DNA of 32,000 nucleotides. It comes from Ferroglobus placidus DSM 10642. GTDB lineage: Archaea; Halobacteriota; Archaeoglobi; Archaeoglobales; Archaeoglobaceae. Position 1 is the first letter of the stretch; every line of letters starts with the position of its first letter. The position numbers were made by a program, and so were the translations under genes. Positions 20,229 to 28,332 of the stretch are shown here, piece after piece. The stretch spans positions 1,110,001 to 1,142,000 of the forward strand of contig NC_013849.1 in the NCBI RefSeq assembly GCF_000025505.1, read 5' to 3'. The notes below the pieces were generated by a model, which was given only the letters and a program-made list of their open reading frames with translations, was not told where the DNA came from and made no database searches.

Positions 20229-20302
20229 GCCGAGGTGGCCTAGCTGGTCGGGGCGACGGACTCATAATCCGTAGGTCGCGGGTTCGAATCCCGCCCTCGG
20301 CA
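20229..20302 (+). tRNA. tRNA-Met(CAT), probably elongator; Ile2(CAT) not fully excluded
   Basis: Acceptor GCCGAGG/CCTCGGC+A, anticodon stem ACGGA/TCCGT with loop CTCATAA (anticodon 20263-20265), T arm GCGGG-TTCGAAT-CCCGC. Confidence 0.9.
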
Positions 20303-20477
20303 TCCTTTCTTTTGGTTCGGACTTCATATACAAGCGATAGAATTCTGTTTACATTTGCTTTCGACTTATTCTCGCGGTATCTGAGAACTTCTTTAAGGAA
20401 AGCGCAGGTTTCAACTTCCTCTATCTTCAGATGTCCCTACGGCTAATGCTAGTTCCAGATACTAAGACTCACATATG

Positions 20478-20524
20478 TTGGTAAAAAACCAAAAAACTTA
20501 TAAATACTTTGGTAAATTAACCAA
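20478..20524. promoter_or_regulatory. promoter/operator of the putative toxin-antitoxin operon
   Basis: TTGGT-AAAAA-ACCAA (20478-20492), TATA box CTTATAAATAC (20497-20507), TTGGT-AAATTA-ACCAA (20509-20524), ATG at 20527. Confidence 0.6.
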
Positions 20525-20526
20525 CG

Positions 20527-20778
20527 ATGGAGAAAGAAATCAGAGTAAAGGGGCGAACAGTGATTTACAGAATCGTGCCGAAAAAAGGATGGGCTGTCGT
20601 CGTCAAGGAAGACAACGTATTGATAGACAACTACCACCACGGTTATCCGCACATTCACCCGGACAGAGAACCGATAAAAACGAACGACGTGTACGAGGTT
20701 GTTGAAATAGTTGTGAGGCATATAGAAAGGTATGGAAAGGTCGTGATGGAAAAACTGAGGGATGAATTATGCAGATAA
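20527..20778 (+). CDS. putative toxin of TumE/DUF6516-like family
   Basis: 83 aa with DNYHHGYPHIHPDREPI, a His-rich core. Paired, with 10-nt overlap, with a downstream HTH protein. The family call is from motif recollection. Confidence 0.55.
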   Translation: MEKEIRVKGRTVIYRIVPKKGWAVVVKEDNVLIDNYHHGYPHIHPDREPIKTNDVYEVVEIVVRHIERYGKVVMEKLRDELCR

Positions 20779-21191
20779 AGTTCGTAAGAAAGATTAAGGC
20801 TAAGGATCTTATTAAGGAGTTCGAAAAGAAGTACGGTAGTCTGGAGAGGCTTGAGAGGTACTTGGAAAGACATCCAGATGACTACGTTGCGTTGATGGAT
20901 TACGAGGATTGGAAGCACTTCCTGGAAAACCCAGACGTCGAGGTTGAGGAAGGGGAAATTTTCGTCACCAACGTTTCTTTCCTGACGCCTCAAAAGCTTC
21001 AATTGCTCGAAGCTATCAAAAAGCATAGACCGAAGTCAATAAGAGAGCTTGCCGAAAAAGTCGGGAGAGACGTGAAAAACGTTTATATGGACGTTAAAGA
21101 GCTCGAAAAAATCGGATTGATTGAACTTAAAGACTCTGGAAGGGCAAAAAAAGTTGAGCTGAAGTACAACGAAATTCACATCATAATTTAA
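20769..21191 (+). CDS. putative cognate antitoxin, HTH transcriptional regulator (HVO_A0114/TumA-like)
   Basis: 140 aa with winged-HTH segment FLTPQKLQLLEAIKKHRPKSIRELAEKVGRDVKNVYMDVKELEKIGLIEL. Overlaps the putative toxin gene. Confidence 0.65.
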   Translation: MQIKFVRKIKAKDLIKEFEKKYGSLERLERYLERHPDDYVALMDYEDWKHFLENPDVEVEEGEIFVTNVSFLTPQKLQLLEAIKKHRPKSIRELAEKVGRDVKNVYMDVKELEKIGLIELKDSGRAKKVELKYNEIHIII

Positions 21192-21320
21192 AACCGTAAC
21201 GTTCTAACTTCGCCTTTCAAATGCTTCGCGTCTCTGTCGCTCAAGCATACTTTTTCCCGCCAGTAACTTAGACGAATACTTCTCGAATAAAACTCGCGTA
21301 GCTTATCAGTGAAATACAAA

Positions 21321-21542
21321 TTACTCTTTCTTCGCACTTTTCTTTAGCAGCTCTTTGATTTTAGCATCCAGATATCTCCTCTCAGCTTCTTTACCAAGAC
21401 TTTTGCGATAATCAGCTTTAAGCTGCCCCTCAGCAAGTTTAAGTAAAAGTTCGTCCTCCTCGTCCGGGACGTCTTTCCCCGCATCTTTACCCATACTAAA
21501 TGTTATACCGCAAGTAGATATATACCTTCGCAAAGTGCCCAC
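21321..21542 (-). CDS. small charged hypothetical protein
   Basis: 73-aa ORF: GKDVPDEEDELLLKLAEGQLKADYRKSLGKEAERRYLDAKIKELLKKSAKKE. Start uncertain, possibly the internal MGKDAG. Confidence 0.4.
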   Translation of the reverse strand: MGTLRRYISTCGITFSMGKDAGKDVPDEEDELLLKLAEGQLKADYRKSLGKEAERRYLDAKIKELLKKSAKKE

Positions 21543-21585
21543 AAACTCTTTAAACCAAAATTAAGTATATTATTTCTGCAGAGCT

Positions 21586-21669
21586 GCGGGGGTTGCCGAG
21601 CCAGGAAAAGGCGCAGGGCTTAAGACCCTGTCCCGTAGGGGTCCGCGGGTTCAAATCCCGCCCCCCGCA
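21586..21669 (+). tRNA. tRNA-Leu(TAA)
   Basis: Acceptor GCGGGGG/CCCCCGC+A, anticodon arm CAGGG-CTTAAGA-CCCTG, long variable arm TCCCGTAGGGGTC, T arm CGGG-TTCAAAT-CCCG. Confidence 0.95.
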
Positions 21670-21858
21670 TGATTCTTCGGGTTTAACGCGATAAAGAGTA
21701 CTTCGTTCAGATTCCGAGGATACAAAAACGGGGAAAGAACTATCTACGTCAGAGCTTAGATTTCTCAAAAGAAGCAATTAATGCGGACTTGTCGCACTTC
21801 GATTTTAAGGTCGAATCAGATTTAAAAAACCTTAAATTTTCCGCATAAAACTTCGTGT

Positions 21859-22485
21859 GTGGTTAGAGTTAGCGATGTCGTAAGCTTCGTTAGATGCAAA
21901 AGATTGGCTTTCTTTTCGATTCACCATCCGAAGGATTTTCCAACGCCGCTAAAGGCAGCGAGAGAAATATTCCTCAGTCTCAGAAAGGGTTTTGACTACG
22001 AATGGGCTTTTGAAAGATTTTCCACTCTATATCCGGAAGCAAAAGACGTGTTCGTTGAGGCTTCCAAAAACTTCATTATTTCGGAAGAGCTCGAAAAGCT
22101 AACTCCGCTGAAGTGGGAGCAGTACTACCACTCGGAAAAATTAAAGTTGAGTGGAGTCGTTGACGAGATTCACGAAAACTCCTTTTTATGGGTCTCCCTT
22201 AAAGCTCCGAAAAAGGAGAAGTTTGAAAACAGAATTAAAGCTGCCTGCTACTCGATTCTCACCGGAATCGACACCGCTTACATCTACTACTGCTACGACG
22301 GAAAGTTCGAGAGAATCGATGTGAGCAGAAGGGACAAGTACAACGCTTTGAGGATTATAGAGAAAGTTCGGAAAATTGAAAAGGGAACTCTTCCGGAGAG
22401 AGAAGAAAGCTGGATGTGCGAAAAATGCGTTTACGTCGATTCCTGCAAAGAAAAAAGATCAACTTTCGCCTCCCGATTTCTTTAG
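21859..22485 (+). CDS. stand-alone Cas4-like (PD-(D/E)XK-related) Fe-S protein
   Basis: N-terminal SFVRCKRLAFF and C-terminal CEKCVYVDSC give the four-Cys arrangement of Cas4/RecB-like proteins; a GVVDEI motif lies between them. Confidence 0.65.
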   Translation: MVRVSDVVSFVRCKRLAFFSIHHPKDFPTPLKAAREIFLSLRKGFDYEWAFERFSTLYPEAKDVFVEASKNFIISEELEKLTPLKWEQYYHSEKLKLSGVVDEIHENSFLWVSLKAPKKEKFENRIKAACYSILTGIDTAYIYYCYDGKFERIDVSRRDKYNALRIIEKVRKIEKGTLPEREESWMCEKCVYVDSCKEKRSTFASRFL

Positions 22486-23184
22486 TCCGTAGGGGCAAAC
22501 TTTCACGCAAATTCCGCAAACCATGTAACCTATGTCCGGATCTGATGCGAACTCCTGAAGCTTCTTTGCGCACTTTTCCACGTCGAAAACTTCCTCTCTT
22601 TTAGGATAATCCTCGAAATCCGAATCTTTTAACGCCTTTACTATGCAAGCCTCGATGCATTTTTTGCAACTTCCGCATTTGTTTTTCATTGGCTCCCCAG
22701 CTTCGAGGGGCATATCCGTTAGAATCGTCGCAAGCCTAACTCTTGGACCGTACTTCTCCGTTACGAGAAGCAGGGATTTTCCGATCCATCCAACTCCCGC
22801 TGCTCTCGCTATAGCTTTGTGCGAAATAAAACTTCTCCAGTCCGTGTTTTTCAAAATCTTTGAAGCTGGAATCGGAATAGCTCTATACCCTCTCCTTTCT
22901 ATTTCGTTAGCGAGTATAAAAGCTATTCTATCCAGCATAGCGTTTGCAACTTCGTACTGCTTCGCGTAAAGCGGTCTTGAAGCAGGAAGGGAGTCGAAAA
23001 CAGCGTCGCTCAACTTAACTCCAATGACGATCCCCCTCTTAAAACCCTCAAGCAGGTTTTCCGGAATTGTTGGATAATCTCTTATCAAATCGAGATCCGC
23101 AACTCCGAAGATATCGGCTCCGAGTTTCTTAGCCAAATCTTCCATGTAGTAAAATGATTTTCGAACTATTAATTGTTTTCCCAA
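22459..23184 (-). CDS. QueG-like 4Fe-4S protein
   Basis: AARAAGVGWIGKS-like core (AIARAAGVGWIGKSLLLVTEKYGPRVRLATILTDMPLE), NKCGSCKKCIEAC, YMVCGICVKVCPYG. Start probably at MEDLAKKLGADIFGVA. Confidence 0.85.
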   Translation of the reverse strand: MGKQLIVRKSFYYMEDLAKKLGADIFGVADLDLIRDYPTIPENLLEGFKRGIVIGVKLSDAVFDSLPASRPLYAKQYEVANAMLDRIAFILANEIERRGYRAIPIPASKILKNTDWRSFISHKAIARAAGVGWIGKSLLLVTEKYGPRVRLATILTDMPLEAGEPMKNKCGSCKKCIEACIVKALKDSDFEDYPKREEVFDVEKCAKKLQEFASDPDIGYMVCGICVKVCPYGLKKSGGES

Positions 23185-23229
23185 AAATTAAGCGAAAGTG
23201 TTAAGTCAAGATCTGTAAAGTCCTTTTTC

Positions 23230-24150
23230 ATGGATAAAGTCGAAGAAATCACTCAGAAGATCGTCGAAAAGTTCGAAAGGCATGGAGTAAAGGTTAACAA
23301 GAGCGAGATAAAAAAACGTGTAGATTTACTTCTCAACGAGTTTAAAGTTCCCGAGGGAGAAATAATAAGGACGATCACAAACTACCTAATCCGAGAACAC
23401 GGCTTGTCTAAGGAAATTCTCTTCGAGCGGGAATCTCCCCTTGTAAAAATTGCCGAAATAACAAAACCCGGTGTATGGGTGAGTGTTAAAGCTAAAGTCG
23501 CCCAGCTCTGGGATTCTTCTTCGCCAAACGTCTCTCAAGTTGGGTTGATCGGTGATGAAACCGGAATGATAAAGTTCGTAATCTGGGCAAAGTCCGGAAA
23601 AGGGGAGGTCGAAGAGGGAAAATCGTACCTTTTCAAGAACGTCGTAACTGACTCGTTTCAGGGAAGAATGCAGATCAACGTTAACAGATTTAGCAGCATA
23701 GTCGAGCTCGAGGAGGACATTTCGCTCCCTCCGAGGGAGGTTAGCATAGTAGGGGCTCTCGTATCAATACAGCAGGGAAGCGGGCTGATACAGAGATGCA
23801 GCATTTGCGGGAGAGCCATGATAAAAAACAGCTGTCCAGAGCACGGAAAAGTCGAAAGTTACGACGATTTAAGGATAAAGGGGGTTCTCGACGATGGAGA
23901 AAGCGTTTACGAAATAATCTTGAACGAGGAGAACGTTAAGTCTCTCACGGGAATAGGGCTTGAAGAAGCTAAGAGAATAGCTCAGGAAAAGCTCGACAGA
24001 GGAGCGGTTCTTTCAGAGTTAAAGTCGAGGTTGCTCGGAAGGTACTTCAAAGTCACGGGAACTAAAGGTGGGAGGTACATCCTCGTTAAGGAAGTCGATT
24101 TCTACAAGCCGGAGTTGAAGGAGTTCAAGCTTCTGGGTGAGGCGATATGA
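23230..24150 (+). CDS. replication protein A / single-strand DNA-binding protein
   Basis: The track ORF starts at 23173; the ATG at 23230 (MDKVEEITQKIVEKFERHG) is more likely. OB folds: KVAQLWDSSSPNVSQVGLIGDETGMIKFVIW. Zinc finger: CSICGRAMIKNSCPEHG. Confidence 0.88.
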   Translation: MDKVEEITQKIVEKFERHGVKVNKSEIKKRVDLLLNEFKVPEGEIIRTITNYLIREHGLSKEILFERESPLVKIAEITKPGVWVSVKAKVAQLWDSSSPNVSQVGLIGDETGMIKFVIWAKSGKGEVEEGKSYLFKNVVTDSFQGRMQINVNRFSSIVELEEDISLPPREVSIVGALVSIQQGSGLIQRCSICGRAMIKNSCPEHGKVESYDDLRIKGVLDDGESVYEIILNEENVKSLTGIGLEEAKRIAQEKLDRGAVLSELKSRLLGRYFKVTGTKGGRYILVKEVDFYKPELKEFKLLGEAI

Positions 24151-24785
24151 TAAGAAGGAGAGAAGTGGCTAAGAGAGTTTTCGCTTACGAATTAACGAGG
24201 TCTACTCACGTTCTGCAAGAGGAAAACGTCAAATACGCTTTAACGCCCTTAGGAGAGAGAGTGAACAGGATTTTCTCCGTCAGCGTTCTGCTTGATAAGG
24301 AGGAAGTAAGGCCGGACACGAATCTTTGGAGGATGAGGCTTAGCGATCCAACCGGAGTTTTTTACGCCTACGCCGGAAGGTTCAACAGCGAGGCAGTAGA
24401 AACTTTGCTCGATCTCGAACCGCCGGTGATAGTGGCTTTAGTCGGTAAAGTCAGAGTTTTCGAAGGTGTGACGAGAAAACTCGTCTCGGTCGTTCCGGAA
24501 AATCTCGTTGAGGTGGAGAGCGCTGTTAGAGACTACTGGGTTCTCGAAACGGCAAAAGCAACGCTAAAGAGAATTGAGGAGATGGAGAAAAAGGAGGGAG
24601 AAGATGTTAAGCTCGCTTGGAACATATACAATCCGAATCTTGAGGAGTACAAAAGCGTCGTGAAGCAGGCGGTTTCGCTAATCCGAGAGGAGCTTGAAGA
24701 GCTCGAAAAAGAATTTGAAGAGGAAGAGGAGGATTTCGAATTTGAAGAAGAGGAGTGGGATTTAACCGAGTTGCTCGAAGATTAA
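24147..24785 (+). CDS. RPA-associated protein (COG3390-type OB-fold protein)
   Basis: Overlaps the RPA gene by ATGA. REVAKRVFAYELTRSTH...LTPLGERVNRIFSVSVLLDKEEV...DPTGVFYAYAGRF, with an acidic C-terminal tail. Confidence 0.85.
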   Translation: MIRRREVAKRVFAYELTRSTHVLQEENVKYALTPLGERVNRIFSVSVLLDKEEVRPDTNLWRMRLSDPTGVFYAYAGRFNSEAVETLLDLEPPVIVALVGKVRVFEGVTRKLVSVVPENLVEVESAVRDYWVLETAKATLKRIEEMEKKEGEDVKLAWNIYNPNLEEYKSVVKQAVSLIREELEELEKEFEEEEEDFEFEEEEWDLTELLED

Positions 24786-25180
24786 CGTACGACTGGATAC
24801 CCCCTATTTTTCCACGCCGTAATTCCCCCAAGCATGTTGTAAACTTCTTTAAAACCGAGTTCCTTGAATAGCGGCATCGCCAAACTCGTTCTGTGTCCCG
24901 TTCTGCAGTAAATGAGATAGGTTTTGTTTTTGTCGAGCTTTTTCAGCTCCTCTTTGAAGTTTGGAGAATAAAAATCGATGTTTATCGCCCCATCAATATG
25001 CTCGCTCTTAAATTCCTCAGGAGTGCGTATGTCGAGGATGACGAAGTTCGGATTGTTCTTGTTTTTCTGAATTAATTCATAAGCTTCATCTACTGAAATG
25101 TCCTTGTATATTCCCTTCTCAGCCTGCAAACATCCGGCAAAAATTAACGAAAATATTAACAGAATTCTAACGAGCTTCAT
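24782..25180 (-). CDS. rhodanese-domain lipoprotein
   Basis: Signal peptide with lipobox-like IFAGC; NFVILDIRTPEEFKSEHIDGAINID; YLIYCRTGHRT active-site loop. Confidence 0.9.
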   Translation of the reverse strand: MKLVRILLIFSLIFAGCLQAEKGIYKDISVDEAYELIQKNKNNPNFVILDIRTPEEFKSEHIDGAINIDFYSPNFKEELKKLDKNKTYLIYCRTGHRTSLAMPLFKELGFKEVYNMLGGITAWKNRGYPVVR

Positions 25181-25253
25181 GAGTTCGCATCAAAAGCAGG
25201 GAATAAATATTTTCGGTCACAACCTTTAAATATTGTAAGAACAAGCACACATC

Positions 25254-26546
25254 ATGAGAAAAATCCTGTTAGATGAGAATGAGATGCCGAAAGAGTGGTA
25301 CAACATACTCCCCGATCTTCCGGAAGATTTGCCCCCTCCGCTAAACCCAGCAACGAACGAGCCGGTGAAGCCGGAAGAGCTCGAAGCAATCTTTCCAAAA
25401 GCTTTAATAAAGCAGGAGATGAGCCAGGAAAGATGGATAAGAATTCCAGAGGAAGTGAGGGACATTTACGCTCTCTGGAGACCGACTCCGCTTATAAGAG
25501 CTAAGAGGCTCGAAGAGTACTTGAAAACTCCCGCAAGAATTTACTTCAAGTACGAAGGAGGAAGTCCGCCGGGAAGCCACAAACCTAATACGGCTGTTGC
25601 CCAGGCGTATTACAACGCTAAGGAGGGTGTTGAAAGGCTTACAACCGAAACCGGAGCGGGACAGTGGGGCTCTGCTTTGTGCTTCGCTACCAAACTTTTT
25701 GATTTAAAATGTACGGTTTACATGGTTAAAGTCAGCTACCACCAAAAACCCTACAGGAGAATACTGATGGAAACTTGGGGAGGAGAAGTAATTCCGTCTC
25801 CGAGCGACAGAACGGAGAGCGGAAGAAGAATACTTGAGAAAGATCCCGACAACCCGGGAAGTTTGGGAATAGCCATAAGCGAAGCAATCGAGGATGCCGT
25901 AAAAAATGAGGACACGAAGTACAGCCTCGGAAGCGTTTTAAATCACGTTCTTCTTCACCAGACGGTAATTGGACTGGAAGCGAAAAAACAGCTTGAAAGC
26001 ATAGGTGAGGAGCCTGACGTAATAGTTGGATGCGTTGGTGGAGGAAGCAACTTTGCCGGATTAAGCTATCCCTTCGTAAAAGATGTTGAGAAGAGGGGAA
26101 CGAAGATAATAGCTGTGGAGCCAGCTGCGTGCCCAACATTAACGAAAGGGGAATACAGATACGACTTTGGAGATACAGCCGGATTGACACCTTTGCTGAA
26201 AATGTACACCCTCGGGCACGACTTTATCCCTCCGCCTATTCACGCTGGGGGATTAAGATACCACGGAGACGCTCCAACCTTGTGCATTCTCGTTAAAAAC
26301 GGATTGGTCGAAGCGAGAGCCGTGAAGCAGATTCCCACTTTTGAAGCCGGATTGATTTTTGCGAGAACGGAGGGAATAGTTCCAGCTCCAGAAACAAACC
26401 ATGCGATAAGGGTTGTAATAGACGAAGCGATCAAAGCGAGGGAGGAGAACGAGGAGAAAGTAATCTTGTTTGGATTCAGCGGACACGGACTGCTTGATTT
26501 GAAAGCCTACGACGATTTCCTGAGCGGAAAGCTTCAGGATGTGTGA
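25254..26546 (+). CDS. trpB2: tryptophan synthase beta chain, TrpB2 type
   Basis: 430 aa: [59 protein letters not shown]. Confidence 0.93.
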   Translation: MRKILLDENEMPKEWYNILPDLPEDLPPPLNPATNEPVKPEELEAIFPKALIKQEMSQERWIRIPEEVRDIYALWRPTPLIRAKRLEEYLKTPARIYFKYEGGSPPGSHKPNTAVAQAYYNAKEGVERLTTETGAGQWGSALCFATKLFDLKCTVYMVKVSYHQKPYRRILMETWGGEVIPSPSDRTESGRRILEKDPDNPGSLGIAISEAIEDAVKNEDTKYSLGSVLNHVLLHQTVIGLEAKKQLESIGEEPDVIVGCVGGGSNFAGLSYPFVKDVEKRGTKIIAVEPAACPTLTKGEYRYDFGDTAGLTPLLKMYTLGHDFIPPPIHAGGLRYHGDAPTLCILVKNGLVEARAVKQIPTFEAGLIFARTEGIVPAPETNHAIRVVIDEAIKAREENEEKVILFGFSGHGLLDLKAYDDFLSGKLQDV

Positions 26547-26601
26547 TAAAATTTCAAAAATTTAATATCCTTTCAAACCAACTTTCTTCGGGTGGTTTTA
26601 A

Positions 26602-27495
26602 ATGAAAGTGAATGGCGTTGAAGTGGAGGAAACGTATGCGGAGGCTTTTGACATAAAGGTTGCGAGGGTTTTGATAACAGCCTACGACTACTACTGGGCA
26701 TACGTAGCTGCTAACGAAGCCACTGGCTTCGGAACTTCGGTAATAATGTGTCCGGCAGAGGCTGGAATTGAGAAGAAAGCTCTGCCAAGCGAAACTCCGG
26801 ACGGAAGACCTGGATACTACATCCAAATCTGCCACATGAGCAAGAAGGGGTTGGAAGAGCAGCTTTTAGCAAGACTCGGTCAGTGCGTGCTGACAGCTCC
26901 AACTACAGCGGTTTTCAACGGATTGCCGGATGCTGAAGAAAAGTTCGACACCGGAAACAAGCTCCGCTTCTTCGGAGATGGATACGAGAAGCAGGTCGAT
27001 CTCTACGGCAGAAAGATGTGGGCTGTGCCGATGATGGAAGGAGACTTTCTGATCGAGAACGAGATCGGCTACGTGAACGGAATTGCTGGAGGCAACTTCT
27101 TCATTCTCGGAGAGAACCAGCCTTCAGCGTTGGCTGCTGCGAAAGCTGCGGTAGATGCGATATTCGAGGTAGAGGGAGTTATAACTCCGTTCCCCGGAGG
27201 AATTGTTGCTTCCGGATCGAAGGTTGGAGCTAACAAGTACAAGTTCCTGAAAGCTTCTACCAACGAGAAATTCGCACCAACCATAAGAGACCAGGTTCCA
27301 GATACGCAGATTCCTGAAGGGGTTAAAGCTGTCTACGAGATAGTCATAAACGGAATAAGCGTTGATGCCGTAAAAGAGGCTATGAGAGTTGGAATCGAAG
27401 CTGCAACTAAGATTCCGGGAGTCGTAAAGATAACTGCCGGAAACTACGGTGGAAAGCTTGGAAAGCATCTCATATACCTGAACGAACTCTTCTAA
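26602..27495 (+). CDS. ftr: formylmethanofuran:tetrahydromethanopterin formyltransferase
   Basis: VEVEETYAEAFDIKVARVLITAYDYYWAYVAANEATGFGTSVIMCPAEAGIE...PDGRPGYYIQICH...FPGGIVASGSKVGANKY. Confidence 0.96.
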   Translation: MKVNGVEVEETYAEAFDIKVARVLITAYDYYWAYVAANEATGFGTSVIMCPAEAGIEKKALPSETPDGRPGYYIQICHMSKKGLEEQLLARLGQCVLTAPTTAVFNGLPDAEEKFDTGNKLRFFGDGYEKQVDLYGRKMWAVPMMEGDFLIENEIGYVNGIAGGNFFILGENQPSALAAAKAAVDAIFEVEGVITPFPGGIVASGSKVGANKYKFLKASTNEKFAPTIRDQVPDTQIPEGVKAVYEIVINGISVDAVKEAMRVGIEAATKIPGVVKITAGNYGGKLGKHLIYLNELF

Positions 27496-27519
27496 ATTTT
27501 TTAACACTCTTTCTCTCCG

Positions 27520-28275
27520 TCAATACCCAAGCTCTTTCAGAAAGCTTTCCAACGCTTCGTTAAATTCTTCGGGCTTTTCCAACATGACCATGTGGCTCGC
27601 TCCTTTAATCACGACGAGTTTCGAATTCGGTATGTGTTTGTGGAAGAATTCAGCGTACTTAACCGGAGTAAGTCTGTCATTCTCCCCAACTATAATAAGC
27701 GTCGGCACGTCAATTCTTATCTTACCCCCTCTGTAATCTTCAAGCAGGTCAAACTTGTCGCACAAAGATAGGTCGAGGTGGAGAACATCGGCTCTTTCAA
27801 GGAATTCCCTCTTCTTTTTCTCGTATTCCTCTCCCTTTTCCGCAAAACCCATCTCGAGAATGAGTTCGACTGCTTTCTCTGGATTTTTCCTCAAACCTTC
27901 AAGGATGTCGGGGAGAACTCTCAGCCTCGCTCCTGTTCCGACGAGGACTAAGCCTTTACAGATCTCTGGATTGGTGAGATAAACCTTTTGCACAACAGCT
28001 CCTCCCAGGCTGTGACCGACCAAAACCATCTTCTTTCCTATTTTTTTCAAAACTTCGCTAACGAAGTAAGCGTAATCGTCCACAGATTTGACTTCGGCTT
28101 TCTCACTCTTTCCGTGATTCGGTAAATCGATTGCGTGTCCTCCTATCGCTTCAAGCTGCTTTTCCCACTGCAAAGCGTCGCTTCCAGAGCTGTGAACGTA
28201 AAAAACGTCTCTATCCTTGCCTTTCAAAATTGAAATTTTAACTCCATTAACCTCAACGAACATTCTTTCAAGCAT
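27520..28275 (-). CDS. alpha/beta hydrolase
   Basis: VLVGHSLGGAVVQKVYL nucleophile elbow, PTLIIVGENDRLTPVKYAEFF, and GASHMVMLEKPEEF carrying the catalytic His. Confidence 0.92.
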   Translation of the reverse strand: MLERMFVEVNGVKISILKGKDRDVFYVHSSGSDALQWEKQLEAIGGHAIDLPNHGKSEKAEVKSVDDYAYFVSEVLKKIGKKMVLVGHSLGGAVVQKVYLTNPEICKGLVLVGTGARLRVLPDILEGLRKNPEKAVELILEMGFAEKGEEYEKKKREFLERADVLHLDLSLCDKFDLLEDYRGGKIRIDVPTLIIVGENDRLTPVKYAEFFHKHIPNSKLVVIKGASHMVMLEKPEEFNEALESFLKELGY

Positions 28276-28332
28276 GAAAAAATGTCGATTTGAGCGAATA
28301 AATACGTTTGGATAAAAAATAAAGTAAGGTGT

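Noticed and set aside
20222-20446. 74-aa minus-strand ORF (NCRGGLAGRGDGLIIRRSRVRIPPSA...)
   Set aside because: It covers the CAT tRNA gene at 20229-20302 antisense; RSRVRIPPS is the classic spurious translation of a tRNA T-arm.
20449-20721. 90-aa minus-strand ORF and 20475-20705 plus-strand ORF across the TA promoter
   Set aside because: Both overlap the better supported 20527-20778 gene and its palindromic promoter, and neither has protein-like features.
21550-21777. 75-aa minus-strand ORF containing CGGRDLNPRTPTGQGLKP
   Set aside because: Antisense translation of tRNA-Leu(TAA) at 21586-21669, a well-known false protein.
21670-21858. Possible integration scar (attachment-site duplication) downstream of tRNA-Leu
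   Set aside because: I found no second copy of the tRNA-Leu 3' end, no integrase and no mobile gene nearby.
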